Part shown: positions 51,340 to 62,567 of the stretch, one piece after another | Layout of the letters: each line of letters opens with the position of its first letter | Numbering within the stretch: position 1 is the first letter of the stretch | Assembly (NCBI GenBank): GCA_963828235.1 | Contig: CAWHDY010000001.1 | Coordinates: 94,920 to 158,919 of the forward strand | Length of the DNA: 64,000 nt | Direction of reading: 5' to 3' | From: an uncultured delta proteobacterium | GTDB taxonomy: Bacteria > Myxococcota > Myxococcia > Myxococcales > Anaeromyxobacteraceae | The notes under the pieces: generated by a model | Told to the model about the DNA's origin: nothing | Database searches by the model: none | What the model saw: the letters and a program-made list of their open reading frames with translations, nothing else | Position numbers and translations under genes: made by a program

Positions 51340-52581
51340 CTAGCCGCGTCCTGGGTTTTTCGCCAACGCAGCGCGCCGTCCGCGGCCCGCCGCGCCCCGC
51401 GGCCGCGCGCGGGGGCGAACCGGGCGGCCGATGACGAGGACATCCTCCCCGATCCGCTCGACCTGGACCTCGTCGAGCCTGAGCGCGTCGGCCATCCGGG
51501 CGGGTCCCGGAGCGGCGAAGAGCGGAACCCCGCCCGCACCGGCGAGCTTCGGGGCGATGAACACCGCGACCCGGTCCACCAGCCCCTGCTCGAGGAACCG
51601 CGCGTGGACCCGGGCGCCTCCCTCGACGAGCAGGTGGGTCACGCCGCGGGCGGCGAGCTTCGCGAGCAGGTCGCGCAGGTCCACCCCGCCCGCGCCGCGA
51701 CGGCAGCGGAGCAGCTCGACGCCGGGCCGGGCGCGGCGGGTCCGCGCCGAGGCGTGGGCGACGATCGTCGGGGCCGGCGAGCGCGGGTTCAGGAGCGCGA
51801 GCCCGGACGGGAGCGTCAGGTCGGTGTCGAGGACCACGCGGATCGCGTCGCGGCCCTTCCCTCGCCCGAGGCGCGTCGTCAGGAGCGGGTCGTCCGCGCG
51901 CGCGGTGCCCGCGCCGACGAGCACCGCGTCGACGCGATCACGCAGCTGGTGCACCCAGCGGCGCGCCGCCTCTCCCGTGACCCAGCGGGCGTCGCCGGTC
52001 CGGGTCGCGAGCCGCCCGTCGAGCGTCACCGCCGCCTTGAGCGTGACGTACGGCCGCCGCTCGCGGATGTACTTGAACCAGTGGGCGTTCAGCGCGTCGC
52101 ACGCCTCGCGCAGGACCCCCTCCGCGACCTCGACGCCGCCGGCCCGGAGCCGGGCGATCCCCTTCCCGTTGACGAGCGGGTTCGGGTCGGCGGAGCCGAC
52201 GAAGACGCGCCGCACCCCCGCCTCGAGCACCGCGATCGAGCAGGGCGGCGTCTTCCCGTAGTGGTCGCAGGGCTCGAGCGTCGTGTAGAGGTCGGCGCCC
52301 CGCGCCCGCGGTCCCGCGGCGCGGATCGCGACCACCTCGGCGTGCGGGCCGCCGGCGCGGGCGTGGTGCCCGCGCGCGACGACCCGGCCGCCCCGCACGA
52401 GCACGGCGCCGACCGCGGGGTTCGGGCTCGTCCGGCCCAGCCCCTTCGCGGCCTCGCGCAGGGCGAGCCGCATGAAGGACTCCGCGGCCGTCCGGTCGAA
52501 CAGGGCCGGGGGTGCCGCGGGGGCCGCGGGGCGCGGCGGGCGGGCGCGGGTTCGCCGCGCGCGGGCGAGGAGCCGGGTCAT
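51340..52581 (-). CDS. ribD: Bifunctional deaminase/reductase RibD
   Basis: [42 protein letters not shown]. Confidence 0.96.
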   Translation of the reverse strand: MTRLLARARRTRARPPRPAAPAAPPALFDRTAAESFMRLALREAAKGLGRTSPNPAVGAVLVRGGRVVARGHHARAGGPHAEVVAIRAAGPRARGADLYTTLEPCDHYGKTPPCSIAVLEAGVRRVFVGSADPNPLVNGKGIARLRAGGVEVAEGVLREACDALNAHWFKYIRERRPYVTLKAAVTLDGRLATRTGDARWVTGEAARRWVHQLRDRVDAVLVGAGTARADDPLLTTRLGRGKGRDAIRVVLDTDLTLPSGLALLNPRSPAPTIVAHASARTRRARPGVELLRCRRGAGGVDLRDLLAKLAARGVTHLLVEGGARVHARFLEQGLVDRVAVFIAPKLAGAGGVPLFAAPGPARMADALRLDEVQVERIGEDVLVIGRPVRPRARPRGAAGRGRRAALAKNPGRG

Positions 52582-53054
52582 CGCCCTTCAGGGCCCCCTT
52601 CCCCCTTCTTCGCGAGCCCCTCGAGCTCGGTCATGAACTCCCCCACGTCGCGGAACGCCCGGTACACGGAGGCGAACCGGACGTACGCGACCTCGTCGAG
52701 CTCCCGCAGGCGCCGCATCACGGCCTCGCCGATGAGGCTCGTCCGGATCTCCTTCTCCCCGAGCTCCTGCAGCTCGCGCTCGGCGGCGGAGACGAGCGCC
52801 TGGACCTGCTCGGCGGAGACCGGGCGCTTCTGGCACGCGATGGCGACGCCCTCGACGATCTTGGTGCGGTCGAACGGCTCGCGGCGCCCGTCCTTCTTCA
52901 CCACCTGCGGGAGGACCTCCTCGATCCGCTCGTAGGTGGTGAACCGGCGCGCGCAGCCGAGGCACTCGCGGCGCCGGCGCGTGGCCTGCCCGTCCTGCGC
53001 CTCGCGCGAGTCGACGACCCGGTCCTCGAGGTGGCCGCAGTACGGGCAGCGCAT
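52578..53054 (-). CDS. nrdR: Transcriptional repressor NrdR
   Basis: MRCPYC...[18 protein letters not shown] cone, [10 protein letters not shown]. Confidence 0.97.
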   Translation of the reverse strand: MRCPYCGHLEDRVVDSREAQDGQATRRRRECLGCARRFTTYERIEEVLPQVVKKDGRREPFDRTKIVEGVAIACQKRPVSAEQVQALVSAAERELQELGEKEIRTSLIGEAVMRRLRELDEVAYVRFASVYRAFRDVGEFMTELEGLAKKGEGGPEGR

Positions 53055-53058
53055 CCGG

Positions 53059-54342
53059 TTACTGGCGATCCTCGTACATGGGGAACTGCTTGCAGAGGCC
53101 GCGGACCTCGCCCCGGACCCGCGAGAGGACGCCCTCGTCCGTCGGCGCGTCGAGCACGCGGCCGATGAGCGCGGCGACGATGGTCATCTCGCGCGCCCCC
53201 ATCCCGCGCGTCGTCAGCGCGGGCGTCCCGACCCGGATCCCGGACGTCGTCATCGGCTTCTCGGGGTCCCACGGGATCATGTTCTTGTTGACGGTGATGC
53301 CGGCCTTCCCGAGCGCCTCCTCGGCGATCTTCCCGGTGAGCTTCTTCGGGCGCAGATCGACGAGCATCAGGTGGTTGTCGGTGCCGCCCGAGACGAGCCG
53401 CAGCCCGGCGGTCTTCAGCCCCTCCGCGAGCACGACCGCGTTCTCGACGATGCGCCGCTGGTACTCCTTGAACGAGGGCTGCAGCGCCTCCCGGAACGCG
53501 ACCGCCTTCGCCGCGATGACGTGCTCGAGCGGCCCGCCCTGGATCCCGGGGAAGATCTGGGAGTTGAGGACCTTCGCGTGCGCCTCCCGGCACAGGATCA
53601 TCCCGCCGCGCGGCCCGCGGAGCGTCTTGTGGGTGGTCGTCGTGACGATGTCCGCGAACGGGACGGGGTTCGGGTGGAGGCCCGCCGCGACGAGGCCCGC
53701 GACGTGCGCCATGTCGACGACCACGGCGGCGCCGACCTCTCGCGCGATCTCGGCGAACTGGTCGAAGTGGAGCGTCCGCGGATAGGCGCTCGCGCCGACC
53801 ACGAGGATCTTCGGCTTGTGCTCCCGCGCGAGCTTCCGGACCTCCGCCATGTCGATCGTCTCGGTCTCGCGGGAGAGCCCGTACGGCACGATCTTGAAGA
53901 GCTTCCCGGAGAAGTTGACGGACGAGCCGTGGGTGAGGTGGCCCCCGAAGTTGAGGCTCATGGCGAGGAGCGTGTCCCCGGTCGGCCCACCTGCCGCGCT
54001 GCCGGCCCAGCTCGTGGCGAGCGCGAAGTAGGCCGCCATGTTGGCCTGGGAGCCGGAGTGCGGCTGGACGTTCGCGTGCTCGGCGCCGAAGAGCGCCTTC
54101 GCGCGGTCGATCGCGAGCTGCTCGACCCGATCGACGACCTCGCAGCCGCCGTAGTAGCGCTTCCCGGGGTAGCCCTCGGCGTACTTGTTCGTGAGCGACG
54201 AGCCCAGCGCCTCGAGGACCGCGGGCGAGACGAAGTTCTCGCTCGCGATGAGCTCCAGGCCCTCCGCCTGTCGCCGCGTCTCCTCGCGGATGAGCAGCTC
54301 GATCTCGGGATCCACCTCGGCCAGGCGCTTCTTCGACATCAT
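53059..54342 (-). CDS. glyA: Serine hydroxymethyltransferase
   Basis: [41 protein letters not shown]; carries an approximately 10-aa loop insertion. Confidence 0.97.
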   Translation of the reverse strand: MMSKKRLAEVDPEIELLIREETRRQAEGLELIASENFVSPAVLEALGSSLTNKYAEGYPGKRYYGGCEVVDRVEQLAIDRAKALFGAEHANVQPHSGSQANMAAYFALATSWAGSAAGGPTGDTLLAMSLNFGGHLTHGSSVNFSGKLFKIVPYGLSRETETIDMAEVRKLAREHKPKILVVGASAYPRTLHFDQFAEIAREVGAAVVVDMAHVAGLVAAGLHPNPVPFADIVTTTTHKTLRGPRGGMILCREAHAKVLNSQIFPGIQGGPLEHVIAAKAVAFREALQPSFKEYQRRIVENAVVLAEGLKTAGLRLVSGGTDNHLMLVDLRPKKLTGKIAEEALGKAGITVNKNMIPWDPEKPMTTSGIRVGTPALTTRGMGAREMTIVAALIGRVLDAPTDEGVLSRVRGEVRGLCKQFPMYEDRQ

Positions 54343-54424
54343 CGGAATCTCTCCCAGCTGCGCGTGAGGACGGCCGTTCATACCTCGCCGCGCCGGCCCC
54401 GGCAACGCCGCGCGTGCCCCGTCC

Positions 54425-54868
54425 TCAGCGCTCGAGCGCCGTCATCTTCTCCACGCGGCGGGCGTGCCGGCCGCCCTCGAAGGGCGTCTCCAGGAACGCC
54501 TTCACGACGGCGCCGCCGAGCCCGAGCCCGAGGACCCGCTCCCCGATGCAGAGCACGTTCGCGTCGTTGTGCGCGCGCGCCATCCGGGCCTCGTACTCGG
54601 TGGTGCAGTGCGCGGCGCGCACGCCCTTCACCTTGTTCGCGGCGATCGACATGCCGATGCCCGTCCCGCACACGAGGACGCCGAGGCGAGCCCCGCCCGC
54701 GGCGACCACCTCGCCGACCTGGCGCGCGTAGTCGGGGTAGTCGACGCTGTCCCCCGAGAACGGTCCGAGGTCCTGCGCGTCGAACCCCGCGCCCTTCGCC
54801 ACCTTCACCGCCTCCGCGCGGAGCGCGAGCCCCGCGTGGTCAGAGCCGAAGATCACCCAATCCGCCAT
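54425..54868 (-). CDS. rpiB: Ribose-5-phosphate isomerase B
   Basis: [37 protein letters not shown]. Confidence 0.96.
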   Translation of the reverse strand: MADWVIFGSDHAGLALRAEAVKVAKGAGFDAQDLGPFSGDSVDYPDYARQVGEVVAAGGARLGVLVCGTGIGMSIAANKVKGVRAAHCTTEYEARMARAHNDANVLCIGERVLGLGLGGAVVKAFLETPFEGGRHARRVEKMTALER

Positions 54869-54939
54869 CGCGTCCTCCAGAGTGGCCGGAGATTCTTCCA
54901 TATCCTCGGCCGCGCGGGGAGGCAGCCGCCACGCCAGGG

Positions 54940-56676
54940 TCAGAGCCGCTCGCGCGCGAGCCCGTCGCGCACGACGCCCTCCCGGAGCAGCACGACCCCG
55001 CCGATCAGCGCGACCGGGACCACGTGCACCGCGTGGAACGCGAGCGCGAACGCGAGCGCGTCGCCGGACGGGACCCCCACCCCGGCGAGCGCCACCGCGG
55101 TCGCGAGCTCGAACGTGCCGGCGTTCCCCGGCGAGACCCCGACCGCCGCCGCCGCCGACGCGGCGAGCACGACGAGCGCCGCGACGGTCGGCGTCGCCGG
55201 GAGCCCGAGCGCGGCGAGCGTCGCGAGCGCGATCGAGCCCTCGGCGAGCCAGCCGGCGAGCCCCCAGCCGACCGACGTCGCGAGCGCGCGGCCGTCGTGG
55301 AGCGCGGCGAGCCCTCCCCGCAGCCGCCCGACGAGGCCGGTCGCCGGCGGCGCCCCTCGCCTCGGCCGGAGCAGCCAGGCGGCGACGGCCGCGGCCGCGG
55401 CGAAGGCGGCGGTCACCGCGAGCGCGCGCTGCCCCCACCCCGGCAGCGGCGCGGCGGCGCCGAGCGCGCCGAGCGCCACCACGAAGGCGACGGTCCCGAC
55501 GACGTAGTCGAGCGCCGACGCCGCGACGACGGCGGCGGTCGAGACCCCCGCGCGCTTCGCGAGGAGGTGAGCGCGGACCAGGTCTCCGCCCCGCCCCGGC
55601 AGGACGAGCCCGGCCGCGAACCCGGCGACGAGCGACACGAACGCGTCGCGGTACCGGACCGGGCCGCCGGGCCTGAGCACGACGGCGCGCCAGCGCCCCG
55701 CGTGCGTCCCGAGGGACGCGAGGTTCGCCGCCACGCCGAGCGCGAGGAGCGCCGGGCTCGCGGCCGCGAGGCTCGCCCCGACGGCGCGCAGGTCCACGCG
55801 CGCGAGCCCCCAGGCGCCGAGCGCGACGACGCCCGCGAGCGCGAGGAGCCGGAACCGCCTCCCCGCGGAGCCCGCCGGCCTGGAGGCGGCGAGCGCGCCG
55901 ACGGTGACGAGCTCGTACCCCGCCGAGCGCCAGCGCCGGGCGATCTCGGGGACCGCCGCGGCGGTCTGGTCGCGGCGCGGGTCGAGGCCGGGCGTCCCGC
56001 AGCCGTCGTGCAGGAGGACGATCTCGCCGGGGCGCGGCCGCCGCGAGGCGCGCTCCACGATCTCCGCGACGCCGGGGCGCTCGCTGTCCCACGCCCCGCG
56101 GGTCCACGCCACGAGCCGGAGCCCCCGCGCCCGCAGCGCCGGGCCGAGGAACGGCCCCTTCCAGCCGTGCGGTGCGCGGAACCACGGCGCGGGCTCCACG
56201 CCCGCGCGCCGGATCGCCTCGCGGCCGCGGTCGATCTCCTCGCCGATCCGGCGCGGCCCGGCCAGCGCGAGCTTCGCGTGGGTCTGCCCGTGGAGCGCCA
56301 CCTCGTGGCCGCGCCGCGCGACCTCGCGGACGAGGCCGGGGTGCCGCTCCGCGGCCGCGCCGAGCACGAAGAACGTCGCGCGCGCGCCCGCCTCGTCGAG
56401 CGCGTCGAGCACGGCGCCGGTGTCGTCCGACGGACCGTCGTCGAAGGTGAGGGCCACCCGCCGCGCGGAGCGGTCGCCGCGCCGGAGCGAGCTGCCCTCG
56501 AGGTCGAACGGCGGCCAGAGGACGTGGAGCGCGGCGGCGACCGCGACGAGGGTCACGGCCACCACGGCGAGCCCGGCGGCGGTCGAGCCGGCGAGCGCCA
56601 GGGCCGCGCCGCCCGCGAGGAGCGAGAGCGCGGCCAGCGCGGCGGCCACCACCGCGATCCTCTTGCGGAGCGGCAC
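54940..56676 (-). CDS. Fusion of a CE4/NodB polysaccharide deacetylase and a UPF0104 (LPG_synthase_TM-like) flippase domain
   Basis: VALTFDDGP, HEVALHGQTH, WFRAPHG, IVLLHDG; C-terminal hydrophobic domain with RW..V, GLVLPGRGGDLVRAHLL and SPGNAGTFE. Confidence 0.82.
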   Translation of the reverse strand: MPLRKRIAVVAAALAALSLLAGGAALALAGSTAAGLAVVAVTLVAVAAALHVLWPPFDLEGSSLRRGDRSARRVALTFDDGPSDDTGAVLDALDEAGARATFFVLGAAAERHPGLVREVARRGHEVALHGQTHAKLALAGPRRIGEEIDRGREAIRRAGVEPAPWFRAPHGWKGPFLGPALRARGLRLVAWTRGAWDSERPGVAEIVERASRRPRPGEIVLLHDGCGTPGLDPRRDQTAAAVPEIARRWRSAGYELVTVGALAASRPAGSAGRRFRLLALAGVVALGAWGLARVDLRAVGASLAAASPALLALGVAANLASLGTHAGRWRAVVLRPGGPVRYRDAFVSLVAGFAAGLVLPGRGGDLVRAHLLAKRAGVSTAAVVAASALDYVVGTVAFVVALGALGAAAPLPGWGQRALAVTAAFAAAAAVAAWLLRPRRGAPPATGLVGRLRGGLAALHDGRALATSVGWGLAGWLAEGSIALATLAALGLPATPTVAALVVLAASAAAAVGVSPGNAGTFELATAVALAGVGVPSGDALAFALAFHAVHVVPVALIGGVVLLREGVVRDGLARERL

Positions 56677-56679
56677 GCG

Positions 56680-57804
56680 TCACCCCGCCACGCCGATGGC
56701 GCGGTAGATCCCGAGCACCTCCCGCGTCACGACGGGCCACGCGTAGCGCTGCGCGGTCCGGCGGCCCGCCTGGCCGTACGCGGCGGCGCGCGCGGGGTCC
56801 TGCGCGATCCGCACGATCGCCCGCGCCCACGCGGCGGGGTCGTCCGGCGGGAGCAGCTCGCCCTCGACGCCGGGGTGGAGCACCTCCCGGAAGCCGTCGA
56901 TGTCCGACGCGAGCACCGGCGTCCCGGCGGCCATCGCCTCGAGCAGCGTGACCCCGAAGCTCGCGATCCGGGTCGGGGCGCAGTAGACGTGGGCGCTCGC
57001 GTACCAGTCCGGCCGCTCGTCCACGACGCGCCCCGCGAACAGGACGTCGCCGCCGATCTCGTCGGGGACCCGCGCGCGGTAGCGCGGCAGGAGCGGCCCG
57101 TCGCCGACGACCAGCAGGCGCGCGTCCACGCTCTCGCGCGCGAGCGCGAAGGAGGCGAGCATCCGGTCGAGGCCGTTGCGCGGCTCGAGCCGCCCGACCC
57201 AGAGCACGTTCAGCTTGCCGTCGTCGAGGTGCGGCAGGCGCTGCCCGCGGCCGAACCGCTCCACGTCCACGCCGTTCGGCACGATCCGGAAGTCGGCGCG
57301 CAGCCTGCCCTCGAGCGGCGCGAGGCACGCGCGGGACACCGCGATCGCGGCGTCGAGGCGGTCGAGGTAGCGCTGGAGGACGCGCCCGGCGAGCCGGAAC
57401 GCGACGCCCGGGCGGAAGTGGGTGTGGAACGTCCCGACCACCGGACCGGTCGCGTGGTGGATGGCGAGGAGCGGGAGGACCGGCGTGAGCGGCGCGTGCA
57501 CGTGCACGACGTCGAAGCGCGCGGCGTTCAGCAGCTCCCGGATCGCCCCGTAGAGGCGCGGCCCACCCGTCACGCGGCCCACGCCGCCGTTGTTGTAGAG
57601 CGGGAAGCTCCGTCCGACGCGGATCACCTCCGGGCCGTCGGGATCGGGGGCGGGCCGCGCGCCCTCCGCGACGTCCGGCATCGAGCTCGTCACGACCGTC
57701 ACCCGGTGCCCGAGCCGACGGGCCTCGCGGGCGAAGTGACGGACGTGCTCCTGGATGCCCCCGACGCTCGGCTCGTAGTACTCCGTGACGATCCCGATCC
57801 GCAC
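56680..57804 (-). CDS. Glycosyltransferase family 4, PimA-like
   Basis: MRIGIVTEYYEPSVGGIQEHV, VHVHAP, GRLEPRNG, SFGVTLLEAMAAG. Confidence 0.88.
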   Translation of the reverse strand: MRIGIVTEYYEPSVGGIQEHVRHFAREARRLGHRVTVVTSSMPDVAEGARPAPDPDGPEVIRVGRSFPLYNNGGVGRVTGGPRLYGAIRELLNAARFDVVHVHAPLTPVLPLLAIHHATGPVVGTFHTHFRPGVAFRLAGRVLQRYLDRLDAAIAVSRACLAPLEGRLRADFRIVPNGVDVERFGRGQRLPHLDDGKLNVLWVGRLEPRNGLDRMLASFALARESVDARLLVVGDGPLLPRYRARVPDEIGGDVLFAGRVVDERPDWYASAHVYCAPTRIASFGVTLLEAMAAGTPVLASDIDGFREVLHPGVEGELLPPDDPAAWARAIVRIAQDPARAAAYGQAGRRTAQRYAWPVVTREVLGIYRAIGVAG

Positions 57805-57821
57805 GCTCGCCTCGCCGCCGT

Positions 57822-58094
57822 TCAGCGCGCGGCCGGTTCACTCGCTGGTTCCGAGACCGTATCACCAACCGTGTGATTCACGCGGGGTTGCGCGATGCGC
57901 CCGATCGGACCGCGGCGCATCGCCGCGGGGAGGAGCGCGAGCACCGCCCCCGCGAGCCCCGCGATCGTTCCGAACGCGAGCGCCGCCGAGGCGAAGACCG
58001 AGCGCCCCCGGACCACCGCTCGCCCCTCGGGGCGTTCCTCAGACAAGCTCCCCTCGCCCGGCGCCCCACCCACGGGGGAACCCCCTCGAATCAC
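57822..58094 (-). CDS. Possible small single-TM protein
   Basis: GTG with GAGG SD and an upstream TAGATT hexamer; one hydrophobic stretch. The 3' half has atypical AT-rich codons, so it may be non-coding. Confidence 0.25.
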   Translation of the reverse strand: MIRGGSPVGGAPGEGSLSEERPEGRAVVRGRSVFASAALAFGTIAGLAGAVLALLPAAMRRGPIGRIAQPRVNHTVGDTVSEPASEPAAR

Positions 58095-58211
58095 GCTGGA
58101 CCTCACGCGACCGAATCTAGCCACGGCGAGGGCCGTTCGCAGGCGGCCGAGCGAGGCCCGGTCGGGCCCCTCGTGGACGACGGCTCGGCCGCGGAGCGTC
58201 AAGGCATGCGC

Positions 58212-59453
58212 TCAGACGCGCTTGAACAGGACGACCGCGTTCGTGCCTCCGAAGCCGAACGAGTTCGACATCGCGAACTCGACGCGCCGCTCGCGCGCCT
58301 GGTTCGGGATGACGTCGAGCGGACACTCGGGGTCCTGCTCGTCGACGTTGATCGTCGGCGGCAGGACGCCGCGGGCGAGCGCGAGGACCGTCACGACGCC
58401 CTCGAGGCCGCCGGCGGCGCCGAGGAGGTGGCCGGTCATCGACTTCGTGGAGGAGACCGCGAGGCCCTTCTTCGCGTGATCGCCGAACACCCGCCCGATC
58501 GCCTGGCACTCCGCGACGTCGCCCTGCGGCGTCGAGGTGCCGTGGGCGTTCACGTAGCCGACCTGCTCGGGGGCGACGCCCGCGTCGCGCAGCGCCATCC
58601 GCATCGCGCGCTGGCCGCCCTCGCCCTCGGGCGCCGGCGAGGTGATGTGGTTCGCGTCGGCGCTCGCGCCGTAGCCGACGATCTCCGCGTAGATCCGCGC
58701 GCCGCGGCGGCGGGCGTGCTCGTACTCCTCGAGGATCAGGATGCCGGAGCCCTCGCCCGCGACGAAGCCGTCGCGGTGCTTGTCGAACGGCCGGCTCGCC
58801 TTCTCCGGCGCGTCGTTCCGCTCCGAGAGCGCGCGCGCCGCGCAGAAGCCGCCGATCCCGAGCGGGGTGATCGTCGCCTCGCACCCGCCGGTCACGATGA
58901 CGTCCGCCATCCCGCGCTCGATGTAGATCATCGCGTCGCCGATGGAGTGGTTCCCGGTCGCGCACGCCGACACGGGCGAGAAGTTCGGCCCCTTCATCCC
59001 GTACTTCAGGCTGATCTGGCCCGGGGCGAGGTTGATGATGAGGCTCGGGATGAAGAACGGCCCGATCTTCTTCACGCCCTTCGCCATGAGCGTGGTGTGC
59101 TCCTCCTCGAGGGCGCCGAGCCCGCCGATGCCCGCCCCGACGATGCAGCCGACCAGCTCCGGGTCCTCCTTCGACATGTCGAGGCCGGAGTCCTTCACCG
59201 CCATCGAGGCCGCGGCGAGCGCGAACTGGATGAAGCGGTCGTTCCGCCGCGCCTCCTTGCGGTCCATGAACTGCGTGGGGTCGAACCCCTTCACCTCTCC
59301 CGCGATCCGGGTCGGAAACGTCGAGGCATCGAAGAGCGTGATCGGCCCGATGCCGCTCTTCCCTGCCACGAGCGCGGACCACGACTCCTCGACCCCGACG
59401 CCGACGGGCGAGACCAGCCCGAGGCCGGTGATGACGACACGACGCCTGCTCAT
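58212..59453 (-). CDS. fabF: 3-oxoacyl-ACP synthase II
   Basis: VVITGLG, SACATG, NAHGTST, SMTGHLLGAAG, SNSFGFGG. Confidence 0.97.
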   Translation of the reverse strand: MSRRRVVITGLGLVSPVGVGVEESWSALVAGKSGIGPITLFDASTFPTRIAGEVKGFDPTQFMDRKEARRNDRFIQFALAAASMAVKDSGLDMSKEDPELVGCIVGAGIGGLGALEEEHTTLMAKGVKKIGPFFIPSLIINLAPGQISLKYGMKGPNFSPVSACATGNHSIGDAMIYIERGMADVIVTGGCEATITPLGIGGFCAARALSERNDAPEKASRPFDKHRDGFVAGEGSGILILEEYEHARRRGARIYAEIVGYGASADANHITSPAPEGEGGQRAMRMALRDAGVAPEQVGYVNAHGTSTPQGDVAECQAIGRVFGDHAKKGLAVSSTKSMTGHLLGAAGGLEGVVTVLALARGVLPPTINVDEQDPECPLDVIPNQARERRVEFAMSNSFGFGGTNAVVLFKRV

Positions 59454-59561
59454 GGATCACCTCGACGACGTGAAACGGCGCTTCCGAGCGCGACGCCCCC
59501 GGCATCGCCCCCGTGCGGCTCTCGCGGCGGGCCCCGGCGCTCCAGGCCCGGGGCGCTCCAC

Positions 59562-59801
59562 CTACTTCTTGTGGGTGGTGATGTAGGTCACCGCGTCCTG
59601 GACGGTCTTGATGTTCTCCGCCTCCTCGTCCGGGATCTCGACCTCGAACTCCTCCTCCATCGCCATGACGAGCTCGACGATGTCGAGGGAGTCCGCGCCG
59701 AGGTCCTCGATGAAGGACGAGGTGATCTTGATCTCGTCCTCGCCGACGCCCAGCTGGTCCGCGATGATGTTCCTGACCTTCTGCTCGATCGTTGCCGACA
59801 T
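59562..59801 (-). CDS. acpP: Acyl carrier protein
   Basis: [20 protein letters not shown]. Confidence 0.98.
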   Translation of the reverse strand: MSATIEQKVRNIIADQLGVGEDEIKITSSFIEDLGADSLDIVELVMAMEEEFEVEIPDEEAENIKTVQDAVTYITTHKK

Positions 59802-59855
59802 GTTGCCTCCTTCGTTGGTGGGGTGCCTCGAACCCGCGCCGCGTCGATGCCGCGG

Positions 59856-60608
59856 CTACATGTACATTCCGCCGTTGACCCGCAGGACCTCGCCGGTCAC
59901 GTACGATGCCTCATCGCTCGCGAGAAAAGCCACCGCGCTCGCGACGTCCTCCGCCGCCCCGAGCCGGGAGAGCGGGATCATCTCCGTCAACTTCGTCTTC
60001 GCGGCCTCGGGCAGCGCGGCCGTCATGTCCGTCTCGATGTAGCCGGGCGCGACCGCGTTGACGCGGATGTTTCGCGAGGCGAGCTCGCGCGCGACCGCCT
60101 TCGTGAGCCCGATCTGCCCGGCCTTCGCGGCGGCGTAGGCGGCCTGGCCGGCGTTCCCCATCTCCCCGACGACCGAGGTGATGTTCACGATCGCCCCGCC
60201 CCGGGCCTTCATCATCGGACGCGACGCGGCGCGGATGAGGTTGAAGTTGCCGGTGAGGTTCACCTGGAGGCTGCGGTTCCAGTCGTCGTCCTTGAGCCGC
60301 ATCACGAGCTGGTCGATGGAGATGCCGGCGTTGTTCACGAGGACGTGCAGCCCGCCGAGCTCCGCGACCACGCGCTCCACCGCCGCCGTGCAGGCGGCGG
60401 GGTCCGCGACGTCGAACTGGTAGAGCTTCGCCTTCGCCGCGCCGGCCTGCTCGACCAGCGCGAGGGCCTCGTTCGCGGCGGCCGCGTTGCCCGCGTAGTT
60501 CAGCGCCACGCTCGCGCCGCCGCGCGCGAACGCGATCGCGATCGCGCGGCCGATGCCGCGGGAGGCGCCGGTCACGAGCACGGTCTTGCCCTTGAAGTCG
60601 AACGCCAT
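59856..60608 (-). CDS. fabG: 3-oxoacyl-ACP reductase
   Basis: TGASRGIG, NNAG, YAAAK, NAVAPGYIETDM. Confidence 0.97.
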   Translation of the reverse strand: MAFDFKGKTVLVTGASRGIGRAIAIAFARGGASVALNYAGNAAAANEALALVEQAGAAKAKLYQFDVADPAACTAAVERVVAELGGLHVLVNNAGISIDQLVMRLKDDDWNRSLQVNLTGNFNLIRAASRPMMKARGGAIVNITSVVGEMGNAGQAAYAAAKAGQIGLTKAVARELASRNIRVNAVAPGYIETDMTAALPEAAKTKLTEMIPLSRLGAAEDVASAVAFLASDEASYVTGEVLRVNGGMYM

Positions 60609-60617
60609 TGCGATCTC

Positions 60618-61560
60618 CTACTGCCCCAGCGCGGCGAGGGTCTTCTCGAGAGAGGTCGCGGTCTTCCACGTTCCACACCTCGACGGACTTGTCGATGCGC
60701 TTCGCGAGGCCGGAGAGGACCTTGCCCGGACCCACCTCGACGAGCCGCGTCACCCCGTTCCGGACGAGCTCCTCGACGCACTCGATCCAGCGGACGGGGG
60801 AGGTGACCTGCTCGACGAGGAGCGGCACGACCCGCGCGAGCTCCGAGTTCGGCTTCGCCTCGACGTTCGTGACGACCGGCCGGGCGAGCGGCTTCCAGGC
60901 GATCGCGCGGAGCACCGGCTCGAGCCGGCCGCGCACCGGCGCCATGAGCGCGCAGTGGAAGGGGGCGGACACCGGGAGCGGCAGGACGCGCTTCGCGCCG
61001 GCCGCCTTGAGCCTCACCCCCGCCTGCTCGACCGCCCCCGCCGCGCCCGCGATCACGGTCTGCGACGGCTCGTTGTAGTTCGCGGGGGAGACGACGCCGC
61101 CGGTCTCGGCGGCGACGGCGGCGCAGATCTCGCGCACCTTGTCCGGCGCGAGGCCGAGCACCGCGCTCATCGCGCCCTGGCCGCGCGGGACCGCCTCCTG
61201 CATGAAGGTGCCGCGCGCGCGGACGGCCTTCGCCGCCTCGGCCGCGCCGCACGCGCCGGCGGCGACGAGCGCGGAGTACTCGCCGAGCGAGTGCCCCGCG
61301 ACGAGGTCCGGCACGACGCCGCGCTTCGCGAGCACCGCCGCGGCCGCGGCGGAGACCGCCAGGATCGAGGGCTGCGTGTTCGCGGTGAGCTTCAGCGCGT
61401 CCTCCGGCCCCTCGAAGCACATCCGCGAGAGCGGCTCGCCGAGCGCGGCGTCGATCTCGTCGAACACCGCGCGCGCCTCGGGGAACCCGTCGTGCAGGTC
61501 CTTGCCCATCCCGACGGTCTGCGACCCCTGCCCGGGGAAGACGAACGCGAGCTTGCCCAT
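60618..61560 (-). CDS. fabD: Malonyl-CoA-ACP transacylase, +1 indel near 60660
   Basis: FVFPGQGSQ, TANTQP, GHSLGEYS, RGTFMQ, VSAPFH, EVGPGKVL. Removing one base gives ...VEDATSLEKTLAALGQ*. Confidence 0.93.
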
Positions 61561-61574
61561 CGCCGTGCCTCCGG

Positions 61575-62555
<981 letters not shown>

Positions 62556-62567
62556 GTGTTCTCCGGT

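Noticed and set aside
51327-54420. FMN or glycine riboswitch, or NrdR box, upstream of the rib, glyA and nrdR genes
   Set aside because: Intergenic gaps are too short and no consensus motif was seen; the TAGGAT before ribE includes the ribD stop codon.
59460-59560. Hairpin between acpP and fabF as a terminator
   Set aside because: The 7-bp GC stem has no U-tract and is within chance for this composition.
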